From an uncultured Clostridiaceae bacterium (lineage in GTDB: Bacteria > Bacillota_I > Bacilli_A > RFN20 > CAG-288): 64,000 bases of DNA. A program made the position numbers and the translations under genes. Of the stretch, positions 63,823 through 64,000 are shown in pieces (the first letter of the stretch is position 1; each line of letters starts with the position of its first letter). The notes below the pieces were generated by a model. That model was given only the letters and a program-made list of their open reading frames with translations. It was not told where the DNA came from and did no database searches. The stretch covers positions 1,149-65,148 of the forward strand of contig CAYRUQ010000002.1 of the NCBI GenBank assembly GCA_964427595.1, given 5' to 3'.

Positions 63823-64000
63823 ATGAACGAAGATGTCAAACCTATCAATATGAATGAGACTGAATACACGAGATTAGTCGCTCCCTACTTCGACGAAGCT
63901 TTGAAGACTCTCAAAGAATTAGTCGCTATTCCTTCTGTTCATGATGAAGAAGGAAAGAGTGAAGAACATCCTTTCGGTGAGGAAGTAGAAGCTGCTCTTT
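63823..64000 (+). CDS. M20-family dipeptidase (PepV-like), N-terminal fragment cut by the window end
   Basis: ATG after AAGAGGTG; LKTLKELVAIPSVHDEEGKSEEHPFGEEV resembles the PepV/Sapep N-terminus. Confidence 0.5.
   Translation, partial: MNEDVKPINMNETEYTRLVAPYFDEALKTLKELVAIPSVHDEEGKSEEHPFGEEVEAAL

Overview
This is an AT-rich (about 33-36% GC) chromosomal window from a low-GC Bacillota lineage. It uses the standard genetic code: TGA ends long conserved genes such as ileS, ligA and pcrA at their expected lengths, so it is not a Mycoplasma-type code. The gene content (sufCDSUB, gatCAB-ligA-pcrA, gdpP-rplI-dnaB-yycJ-rlmH, comFA-comFC, many Asp/Ser/Thr/Tyr-rich lipoproteins) suggests an Erysipelotrichia- or Acholeplasma-like organism with a reduced genome. 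Most of the window is minus-strand housekeeping operons. There are four singleton tRNA genes (Leu-GAG, Gln-CTG, Pro-CGG, Leu-CAA), each with its own near-consensus promoter and intrinsic terminator. The provided ORF track accepts GTG and TTG starts, so several starts were moved to internal ATG codons that have Shine-Dalgarno sequences. No CRISPR array, rRNA, integrase, transposase or prophage gene was seen. The most unusual locus lies at 8.0-12.1 kb beside tRNA-Leu: a LytTR response regulator plus an AgrC-like histidine kinase, with no peptide-processing genes nearby. This pair runs convergent to an ECF sigma factor that is translationally coupled (ATGA overlap) to a membrane-anchored protein whose extracytoplasmic domain carries serpin signature motifs. 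That protein sits where an anti-sigma factor would normally be, so it is a candidate protease-sensing anti-sigma factor. Other leads include an orphan promoter-plus-terminator unit (candidate sRNA), mnmG fused onto the suf operon alongside a half-length SufD, a large acidic repeat-containing membrane protein, a ZupT gene followed by two tandem CNNM/CorC paralogs with a GTTAACC direct repeat in the ZupT promoter, an orphan ParA next to tgt-queA-queH, and an OST-HTH/DUF3825-like protein coupled to a GNAT acetyltransferase.
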